From Podarcis tiliguerta (Eukaryota), in assembly GCA_965153285.1 (NCBI GenBank), contig OZ229115.1: DNA of 64,000 nucleotides; one strand, given 5' to 3'. The translations under genes were made by a program, and so were the position numbers. The notes under the pieces were generated by a model. It was not told the DNA's origin, did no database searches, and was given only the letters and a program-made list of their open reading frames with translations. Below, piece after piece: positions 25,107-34,547 of the stretch (position 1 is the stretch's first letter; each line of letters opens with the position of its first letter).

Positions 25107-25658
25107 CCGCGGGACAACATTCATCCAGTGCTTTACCAGCTGCACTGGCTCCCGGTGGAGTACAGGGTCAGGTTTGAGGTGCTGGTTTTGACCTTTAAAG
25201 CCCTGTGCGGCCTAGGAGCCACATACCTATGGGACCGCCTCTCCTGGTATGCCCCACGGAGGACCTTATGACAACATTTTGGAGGTCCCAGTTTGCAAGG
25301 TGGTTAGATTGGTCTCAACCAGGGCCAGGGCCTTTTCAGTACTGGCCCCGACTTGGTGGAATGCTCTGTCCCAAGAGACTAGGGTCCTGCGGGACTTGAC
25401 ATCTTTCTGCAGGGCCTGCAAGACAGAGCTGTTCCGCCTGGCCTTTGGTTTGGACTCAGTCTGACCCTTATGTTTCCCTCCCATTATGGTCTTGATTTAT
25501 CGGCTATTTTAAAATGAGGCTGCATTTTAAATTGCATTTTAACCTGTATTTTAAATTGTTTTTTCTCTCTCTCCCCCTATTATGTTTTTACTGTGATTTT
25601 ATTGGTGTTAGCTGCCCTGAACCCGGCTCTGGCCAGGGAGGGCGGGGTATAAATAAAT

Positions 25659-25711
<53 letters not shown>
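25107..25711 (+). mobile_element. L2 LINE 3' end with (ATT)n tail
   Basis: LHWLPVEYRVRFEVLVLTFKAL...RARAFSVLAPTWWNAL; L2 3'UTR; (ATT)n 25660-25711. Confidence 0.85.
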
Positions 25712-25712
<1 letters not shown>

Positions 25713-26098
25713 GCTTCAGTTATATTCCCATCCCCAAACAGTCTGGTTCAAGTATGCACCAAGCTGACAACAACTGCAAGTCACAATGTGTACACCCCTT
25801 CAGGATCAGAGAAAGCATGCCTCTGAATATCACCAGCTGCTGGGGAAGAAAACAGAGAGAGGGTACCTGATCTCAACTCTGCTTATGAGCTTCCCAGAGG
25901 CACCCAGCGGACAAAGGATGGCCCTAGGTAGGCAACAGGATGCTGAGCTAAGTAGGATTTTGTTCTGAACCAGCATATGTTCTTAACAGCCCCACCCTCT
26001 CCCTTTTTTATTTGTATGGAGCTAGAAGCTGCCAGTCAGACTCTATTACAGCCCATCCCACATTACAGTCCCCAAGGAAGTATATGTAAGAACCATAC

Positions 26099-26291
26099 CC
26101 AGTCTGAACCGACACGCAAATGGATTCCCACGTAGGGTCTGACCAGGAACGAATTGATATAGGACTCGCCTTTGTTCACCATCTCATCAGACCATACCAT
26201 GTACTGATGCAGGGACCGGTACTCTTCCAGAACTGGAAACTGGGCTGGGGCCCCCGGAAGAGCCACAACAGGATGTTCAGAGGAGGGAAAC
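26099..26291 (-). CDS. POFUT1: POFUT1 exon 5
   Basis: 193 nt, [20 protein letters not shown]...[10 protein letters not shown]. Confidence 0.97.
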
Positions 26292-26849
26292 CTAGTGAAA
26301 GACACAGTGGAAAGATCAACAGGAGCTACAACTTGCCATGTTTGCTCGCACCAGTGCTGCTCAGTTTTTACTGTTAGGAACTTTTATTGCTAATGCTTTT
26401 TTTTTTTAGTAAATTTTTTTTAAAAAACACACCTACAACAAAGAGATGAACTACTAACAAGATTTATGAAGAATATGCTAACCCGAATAAAGTTAATCTG
26501 TATTTTGCATTTCTGTTCTCATGCTCTTCAGCTCATAAGAACTTCCTAATTCCCCAGACGCTTTGCATCACCTCCCAAATATTTGCATACTGGAGCTTAG
26601 GCGGGCCTCCTTAGGGGAAAGAAGTTGCAAAATGCACCTCCCTGTATTTTAAACTACGGCAGCAATCTCTGAAAAATCAACAGACTAAGCAAGCAGACTT
26701 TAGTTATGCATGCATGCATCTGCCTAATACTGTCACAGACCTTTGCCCTACGCATGCCAACTGGCAGCAGTGTCTTACGGTCTCAGAGCTGGAGGTGTCT
26801 TTCCTAGTTCTACTGCCCAAGATCCTTGAACTTCTTACAAAACACATAC

Positions 26850-27100
26850 CACCCAAAGACCATTATGCGACTCTTCTTCCTTATTAAAGCTCTGAGCAGC
26901 GATAGCAAACTGCAGGTTAGATGTGGGTTGCAGGGCCAACTTTCAGATTGTACTGGGATGGCAAGGAGAGTGAGACTGGGCTGTATTTTCACCCCCACAT
27001 TATTTAGCTTTTTCCTAAATGATTTAGAGGAAAGTCTAATGGACCCAGATGGTCATCTCCCAAAAATAGGAACCAGAAAGACCCCTATTTTGCTATATGC
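26850..27100 (+). mobile_element. Degenerate non-LTR RT fragment, clade unassigned
   Basis: VRLGCIFTPTLFSFFLNDL...PILLYA resembles RT motifs QG..LSP.LF and YADD. Confidence 0.55.
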
Positions 27101-27257
27101 CACTGCTTCTTCTCCCATCCTCAATGGAAAATGTAATGTTATTATCAAGGCATTTTTATCTGCTCAGTTTTTGTCTGTTATTATATTTTGTCTGTTTTTG
27201 TGTTTTTGTTGTTGTTAAATCACCTTGGTTGCCATCCGTGCAGAAAGGCAGGATACT

Positions 27258-27810
27258 TAATAATAATAATAATAATAATTTTTATTTATACCCCGCCCTC
27301 CCCAGCTAAGGCCGGGCTCAGAGCGGCTTACAAGCAATAATAAAAACAAGATGATTACAACTTAAAAACAAAAGTAAAATACAACATGAAAATAATGTAA
27401 CATTAAAATATTAAAATGTAGCCTCATCGCAGGAGGAGAAGGAAAAGAAAAAAGAAAGAGAGGGAGGGAGGGAATCAAATTGGCTCCAAGCCAAAGGCCA
27501 GGCGGAACAACTCTGTCTTACAGGCCCTGCGGAAAGAAATCAGATCCTGCAGGGCTCTGGTCTCATGAGGCAGAGCGTTCCACCAGGCCGGAGCCAGAGC
27601 TGAAAAGGCCCTGGCTCTGGTTGAAGCCAATCTAACTTCCTTAGGGCCTGGGACCACTAGGGTGTTGTTATTTATGGACCTTGAGGCTCTCCGTGGGGCA
27701 TATCAGGAGAGGCGGTCCCGTAGGTATGAGGGTCCTAGGCCGTGAAGGGCTTTAAAGGTCAAAAGCAGCACCTTAAATCTGACCCTGTACTCCACCGGGA
27801 GCCAGTGCAC
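27258..27810 (-). mobile_element. L2 LINE 3' end
   Basis: VPGPKEVRLASTRARAFSALAPAWWNALP...; 3'UTR and AT-rich microsatellite tail. Confidence 0.85.
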
Positions 27811-28122
27811 TTGTCCTTCTTTCCTTACGGTCTGCAAATAACAACATCTTGGAGATTCCAGGCCTCAGGGAGATTAGGCTGGCCTTGACCCTGGCCTGGT
27901 GGAACACTCTGCCACAAGAGATCAGGGCCCTGCAGGATTTGGCATCTTTCTGCAGGGCCTGCAAGGTGGAGTTGTTCTGCCAGGCCTTTGGTCAGGGCTC
28001 AGCCTGAATCCCCTTCTCTTTTTGTATAAGAACTAGTATGAAAGAGGCCTCCCAGCATTCTCACAGACCCATATAAGAACAGCGTAAGCAGTTGGGCCTG
28101 ATGAGCATTTACTGTTCCCAAC

Positions 28123-28310
28123 CATAGCTGTCAACCTTTCCTTTTTTTGTGGGAAATTCCCTTATTCCAGTGCCATTTCCCGCTGCTTCTGGCTGCTATC
28201 CGGGATTGTTAGATATCCTGTAGACTGTCCCCGGGACAGGTGAGGCTGCTGATCCCTTATTTTCGAGGCTGCTGATTCCTTATTTTCAAATCTGAAAGTT
28301 GACAGCTATG
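28123..28310. mobile_element. hAT-type MITE
   Basis: TIR CATAGCTGTCAAC...GTTGACAGCTATG, 8-bp TSD TTCCCAAC. Confidence 0.85.
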
Positions 28311-28418
28311 TTCCCAACCCTAATCCTGCGGAAAGCCATCTAATTAGATTTTAATTTGATACTGACTTGTTTTCTTAGGAGGTAATTTAATTATTATTTG
28401 ATTTTACACCAATGTTAT

Positions 28419-28784
28419 TGTTAAGATATTCCGTTCCACCTCAACAGATATGTGGAATTGTTGTCACATGTCTGTTTACACTCCAGCACAGCTTACTGGG
28501 AACTTCTGTTATGCTGCTTGCTTGGACATGAAAGGGAGAAGACATGTTTTTCCTTTTGTCCTGATGTACGCTGAATAAACTGCCTGTAAATATGCTTTAC
28601 ACAGCCTCTCCCTGCCACTTCTGTTGTGCGTTTACTCTGCTGAGTTGCGTGCCCAGCTTCTGAAGCTCTGGGTCGCAGATTCATGCTGAACCAAGGCCTG
28701 GAGTTCGACCGGCACGTTGGCCAGTGGGCTGGAGCCAGCTGGGGGCTTGCTAATTGCTCCTGATTCCTTAGCAGCATCCCAACA
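28419..28784 (+). mobile_element. Solo LTR
   Basis: TGTT...AACA termini, 5-bp TSD GTTAT, internal AATAAA; homologous to 56131-56512. Confidence 0.82.
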
Positions 28785-28976
28785 GTTATATGTCTGATGT
28801 TAGCTGCCCTGAGTCTGGTTTCGGCTGGGGAGGGCGGGATACAAATAAAAGATGATGATGATGATGATGAGTATTATTTCCAAGAACCCTTTACAAGCCA
28901 GAGCAGCAATGGAGGAATGTGCCCAGTGCCTAACCATGCCCTTCGCCCAATGGCACCCCCAAGCGACACTTGCTAC

Positions 28977-29089
28977 CTTCGAATCCAGTGGTCCTTGTAA
29001 GAGGCACTGAAGGAGAGGCCTCCAAACAGCTCCGACCTATCGAAATCCACAGCAAACTGATCCCAAAAGGGGCCAAAGGGGTTTCCATC
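28977..29089 (-). CDS. POFUT1: POFUT1 exon 4
   Basis: 113 nt, [22 protein letters not shown]...HWIR. Confidence 0.97.
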
Positions 29090-29462
29090 CTGCAAAAGCA
29101 AAGGCAGCTGCTTGTTCACTGCGGCAGACGAAAGGTGAGGCAGGCCAGAGGAACAGGCAGCTTTGCAATTGCTACGGGAGCCACAAGCTCCTAGCTGACA
29201 CAACCCATATTCCATAGTCCCGCCCCCACTGAAACCTGTGTGTGAGTTTACCAGAAGCTTTCCAAGTAGAGAAAGGAAGTTAAATACAAACACACTGAAA
29301 TGATCCACAGAACATTATCTAGAACAAGCTTCCTCAAACTCAGCCCTCCAGATGTTTTGGGCCTACAACTCCCATGGTCCCTAGCTAGCTGTTGCATAAT
29401 ACTGTTTTATAATTTATGATAATTTAGAATTTAAATGTATTTTCATGCAATGTTTGATACTT

Positions 29463-29506
29463 CCAGCTGATGAAGGTGAATACATCGAAACAGGGCCCTG
29501 TCCTGG
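29463..29506 (+). ncRNA. Minimal type I hammerhead ribozyme motif, Penelope-like-element type
   Basis: CCAG-CTGATGA-A-GGTG(AATA)CATC-GAA-ACAGGGCCCTGT-C-CTGG: intact core, three stems, palindromic stem III. Confidence 0.75.
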
Positions 29507-29911
29507 TTTCTTATCCATAATTTCTGATCCATAATTGACTTCTGCTCAATGATTGAAACTTAAGATCTTCAAGTCAAATCTGACTATGGACTAACACGAA
29601 CTCTTATCTCTAATACTGTAACGAATTATTGTGTTATACATATCCTTATGAGCTTGAATTTGTAATCTCTGTTTGAGTTCGTAATCTCTATTTGAGTTTG
29701 TAATCCTTGTCAGAATACATACTTTTGAATGGATTAGTTTTTGTTACAATTGACTATTGATTCATGAGTAGGGACCACTCCCACTACTCAAACTTATATT
29801 GGCCAGAGTTCTTGGTGTGCTTTTTTCTTGATTTAGAAGAACGGCAGCAGCGGAGCTTTTACTGCAGCCCAGGGTTACAGAAGGCACCTCAGGGATGTGA
29901 AAGACTCCTAC

Positions 29912-30094
29912 CTTCATGGGACAAGTCCTTTTGTCAGCACTCCTCTGAGCCGCTGCTTCAAAGCAGTATGCCACTCGCTTGCCAGGAGGCCAGTGGATGG
30001 GCGCCAACTTTTCCATAAATTCCTCCAAAGTGATGACCCGGTGGTACTCCAGGAGAGGCGCCAGCTTGAAGTATTCTTTGTAGGGGACGTGCTG
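29912..30094 (-). CDS. POFUT1: POFUT1 exon 3
   Basis: 183 nt, [11 protein letters not shown]...TCPMK; CAGCAG tandem acceptor. Confidence 0.96.
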
Positions 30095-30539
30095 CTGCAA
30101 TGCAAAGAGAACAGAGTTTAGGAGCCTGTCCACACACATAATTGTTCCAGCGATAGTGAATCCACAACCGTCTGAAGGAAAAGCGAGCAGCATAACTTAA
30201 AGGGCTGAAGGATTTCCAAAGCCTAGTCTACCCTGGTCTGTCAGATTTGCAGGTTTGATGTACTATTGACTCCTTCACTATCCATGAAACTCTGGCTTGA
30301 AGCAGAGGCCAGGAGAGCTTTCAAGACCTGCAGTTGGCTAATTAAAGACTAGAGGGGGACCAGAGCTTAATGGTTGAAAACAATTTTTTTTTTTTGCTTG
30401 TACAAGGTATACAAAATGTAGGTAGCACCCAACACCAGCAGAATTAACTCATCTATTCCAAGGACCTATTCACTGAGCCTGCTTTATGTGTGGCTTTGGG
30501 AAAATACTTAGTATTCCAAAAGCACAGAACCCAAATATA

Positions 30540-30951
30540 CCGTATTTTTCACCCTATAGGACGCACTTTTTCCCCTCCAAAAATGAAGGAGAAATGTGTG
30601 TGCGTCCTATGGGCTGAATGCGTCCTTTCGCTGTGTGCGTCCTTTCGCTGAAGCCTTTCGCACCGACCCCTCTTGCTCTCCAGGCTTCGTGCAGCCGGGC
30701 TCCCACAGCTTGTGGAGAGTTGCCTGCATGCTGAAACCTGGGCGCGCTGCAAGCCGTGGGAGCCCGGCACTGGGCTCTCACGACTTGCGGAAAGCTGCCT
30801 GTTCTGGGGGCTGGGGTCGGGGGAAGCTCGGGCTTCCCTCGCCCCAGCCCCGTGCCTGGGGGGGAAATAATTTCCCCCCCTTTATTCCCCCCCCCCAAAA
30901 AAACTAGGTGCGTCTTATGGGCCGGTGCGCCCTATGGGGCGAAAAATACGG
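30540..30951. mobile_element. TcMar (Tc2-like) MITE, same family as 22033-22539, opposite orientation
   Basis: TIR CCGTATTTTTC(A/G)CCC, TA TSD. Confidence 0.86.
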
Positions 30952-30979
30952 TACATCAGAAGTTTTCAGAACTACTTAC

Positions 30980-31101
30980 ATTTGTGTAGGGAGGCCTGTG
31001 ATACCGGTACTCAATCCAGGGGGGCACAGCTAAGGTCCGATTCACCATTTTAGCAAACGCCAAAGAGCCCAGAAAATGGTCTGCTTGGTTCCCAAATCTC
31101 C
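30980..31101 (-). CDS. POFUT1: POFUT1 exon 2
   Basis: 122 nt, [32 protein letters not shown]...; donor GTAAGT; absent from the ORF track. Confidence 0.97.
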
Positions 31102-32634
31102 CTTGAAATAGAACATAAAGACCTGTTTCTTAGTCACCAGGCTGGGGCAGAGCAACAAGCCTAGGGCAACTTCATACGGAAGAACTACATGGCTGCCAAA
31201 ATCAAAATGCTTCCTTCATTATGTTGAATTATTCACAAAGCTTAAGCATAAGGCAAGTTGCATAAATGTTAGGACTCTGGAACTACTCCCAACCCACAGA
31301 AGCTTGCAGAAGGCCTCTCCCCTGCGTAAAAAAACCCCTAGTAATCAATGGCAACCAATAATTACTTCCAAATAACAAGAAAGGAAACTCTTACAAAAGT
31401 ATAAGAAACTTATTGCACAAAGGACTAACAGATGAAAGTATACTTGGATAGCAAGACTTCTGACCTCTGTGGATTTATTTGGAAAGCTGTCAGAAAGCGG
31501 TATCAAAGCAAGCTGTCAGAAAGCGGTATCAAGGAAGGTGGCAATGAGACGTCTGATAACCTGGAGGCAAATTATACCCATAGCGAACAATCAAGTGGCT
31601 ATTTACAAAGCTGAAATGAAAATCACAGTTGCTGTCACCTTAATTGAAAGCTTGCCCAGGGAGTTTATAATAGTTTAGCAGTCTTTAAATCTCTCTCTCA
31701 CACACACTTTAAGTCCACACACTTTGTATTATTTTCTTAACTTTTAACATTTAACTTCTAATTGTTGCACTCCACGGGTTGATCAAGAACCACAAGCAGG
31801 TCACTCCCTAACCTATAATGCAATAGTAGCATGCAGCAACCTAACAATAACCTACAGGGCAGCAGCCCCACCAGGAACATGCTGGTGATGCAGCACCCAG
31901 CAGGATGGAACTCCCCGCTCGCCAAATGATGAGCAGAAGGTTCAAGGCTGCTGGCAGCACAGGTCTGCTTTGCCCTGTGGAAAACACACTAGTGCAGCAG
32001 CACCCAGCAAGACTGAACCTGTCCCTCTGACCCATCATCTGACAGACAGGGGAAAACAGTCTTGTAAAAGGACATAACTCAACTGCAGAGCACCTGTTTT
32101 GCATGCGCAAGGCCCCAGGTTTGATCCCCAATATCATCATTGTAGCCTTTCTAGGCCCTTCATCATTAATATGAATTAATTTTAGATGCCACCCTTCATC
32201 CAAGGACCACTGGGCAGTTTACAGTATTAAAAACACAAAAATACATAATATAATAAACAAAACAATAACAGCCTTCCACACATACAATTTAAAAGGCCAT
32301 AGAGGCCTGGGAAGGACTCTTGGTTTGCAGTCCAAGGAAGCTGCTGCCAGTCACCGCAAGCAACACTGTGCTAGATGGACCGCGACCCACCTTGAGAGCA
32401 AGGCAGCATCCCAAGTTACAAAAAAAGCACAGCAGGAGAAACGACATGTTGGTTATTAGTTTTTTGCTGTTGTTGTTTTTTACACAAAGGTAAAAGAAAC
32501 AGAGGAGAAAAAAGATGTGAATCTGTGGCCTCCAGGTATGACTGGACTTCACTGCCAATTATTTTTCTTGATTTTCTGAATTACAGTATTACAAATCATT
32601 GCCAAATTAATTCAATTTAATACAGTTTTAATAC

Positions 32635-33270
32635 AGACCCTCCCTGCCCACGGACTGTCTCGCCAGAGTGGTGCATGCTCTAGTTATCTCCTGCTTCGAC
32701 TACTGCAATGCGCTCTATGTGGAGCTACCTTTGAAGGTGACCCGGAAACTACAACTAATCCAGAATGCGGCCGCTAGACTGGTGACTGGGAGTGGCCGCC
32801 GGGACCACATAACACCAATTCTGAGAGATCTGCATTGGCTCCCAGTACGTTTCCGAGCACAATTCAAAGCGTTGGTGCTGACCTTTAAAGCCCTAAACGG
32901 CTTCGGTCCAGCATACCTGAAGGAGCCTTTCCACCACCATTGTTCTGCCCGGACACTGAGGTCCAGTTCTGAGGGCCTTCTGGTGGTTCCCTTGCTGCAA
33001 GAAGCCAAGTTACAGAGAACCAGTCAGAGGGCCTTCTCGGTGATGGCACCCACCCTGTGGCACGCCCTCCCCTCAGATGTCAAAGAGAAGAACAACTGCT
33101 AGACTTTTAGAAGACATCTGAAGGCAGCCCTGTTTAGGGAAGCTTTTAACGTTTAATAGGTTATTGTATTTTAATATTCTGTTGGAAGCCGCCCAGAGTG
33201 GCTGGGGAAACCCAGCCAGATGGGCAGGGTATAAATAATAAATAATAATAATTATTACTATTATTTTTAT
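32635..33270 (+). mobile_element. L2 LINE 3' end (second subfamily)
   Basis: VHALVISCFDYCNALY...LQLIQNAAARLV...LHWLPVRFRAQFK; 3' stem-loop and (AAT)n; partial second tail 33378-33525. Confidence 0.9.
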
Positions 33271-33939
33271 TAAACCGGTTTCCCACTCTCCACATGAGAT
33301 ATGTCCAAGATGTGCCCCTATCGCTGTGCTTTGTTCTCAGTTAAACTCTAGTTAACACCCTCCAGAATTTGTCAAAATGAAGGCAGCCCTGTTCAGGGAA
33401 GTTTTTAATATGTGACATTTTAGTGTATTTTTCATCTTTGTTGGAAGCCGCTCAGAGTGGCTGGGGGAACCCAGCCAGATGGGCAGGGTACAAATAATAA
33501 ATTATTATTATTATTATTATTATTATCCATCAGCTGCCCCTTTACATCCCTGCATGCAGCAAAACAATCAATCAATCAAACAAACAATCAAACAAACAAA
33601 CAAACAAACAAACCCCACATGAACCTTAACGTATATTCTCAGTGACAGCAAGTGTGGTTAATACTCCATCTCCACTTTAAACATTTGCTTGATTTTGAGT
33701 AAGTTCTGAAAAAAAAAGGTACGGCTGGACTTCCACTCCCAGCAGCCAGCGCGGTCCGCAGTGAGGGATGACGGGAGTTGTAGTCCAACGGCGCCGAGAA
33801 GGCCCCTCAGAGCCCCCGGCCTACAGAGCCTCCGGCCTACGAGAGAAAGGAGAAAAGGGGGGGGGGGAGGGGACTGTGATGACCCGAGTGGCGCCCTGGG
33901 AGGGGAGGAAAGGAGGCGCCCCCCCCCCCGCCGCCTCAC

Positions 33940-34075
33940 CCATGCAGGGGCAGTAGAGTAAGTATCCCGACGGATCCCAGGCGCCGCCGCCTTCGCCTCC
34001 GCTGCCCAGGTGGAACAGGACGAGCAGCACCTGCAGGCCCGCGACGCCGACCGGCTCCTTCCCGGGAACAGCCAT
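33940..34075 (-). CDS. POFUT1: POFUT1 exon 1 (signal peptide, WDPSGYLLYCPCMG)
   Basis: ATG 34075, donor G|GTGAGG; spliced CDS totals 1179 nt = 392 aa + stop. Confidence 0.95.
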
Positions 34076-34299
34076 GCCTCCCTCCGTCTCTTCCTCCGGC
34101 TTGGAAGAAGCGGCTTCGGCTCGTAAAGTTTAGCGGGAGAGAAGCTGCCTCGCTAGGCCGGGCTAGGCCGCGCCCGTCTCCATGGCGACCGGCCCCTTTT
34201 CCCGGCACGCCCCGCGGCGGCGGCGCTCGTGAGGGCAGAGCGGCCGGGACTAAGGCGGCTTCCGGTCTGGGCCGGATGTGGCGCCATGGAGGCCTTGAG

Positions 34300-34547
34300 G
34301 GGCGCGAGCGAGCCCGCGAGAGGAAAATAAAGGCGAACGAACCGCCGCCGCCTCAGTCCCCTCAGCCGCCGCCGCCGCCTCCTTCTCCCCACGGAGCGGT
34401 TCCTCTTCCCCGCAGCTTCCGGTCATGGGGCCTCCGCCGCCCGCTCAGTTACCACAACAAGAGCTGGGCCCGCCTTCGTCGTCGTCTTCCTCGCCTTTTC
34501 CTCCAGCCGGGACGAGCCAGCGGAGGGGAGCGACTCGCGGGGTGGGG
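34300..34547 (+). other. PLAGL2: PLAGL2 non-coding exon 1 (5' end approximate)
   Basis: Donor GGG|GTGAGC at 34547/34548 in the CpG island. Confidence 0.65.

Larger units (their letters stand above)
27830..28870 (+). mobile_element. L2 3' end hosting a hAT MITE and a solo LTR
   Basis: ORF2 tail 27830-28000; terminal gttagctgccctgag...gggcgggatacaaataaa and (GAT)n at 28800-28870. Confidence 0.7.

Noticed and set aside
34289-34302. PLAG consensus GRGGC-N6-GGG as an autoregulatory site
   Set aside because: Expected by chance in a G-rich CpG island
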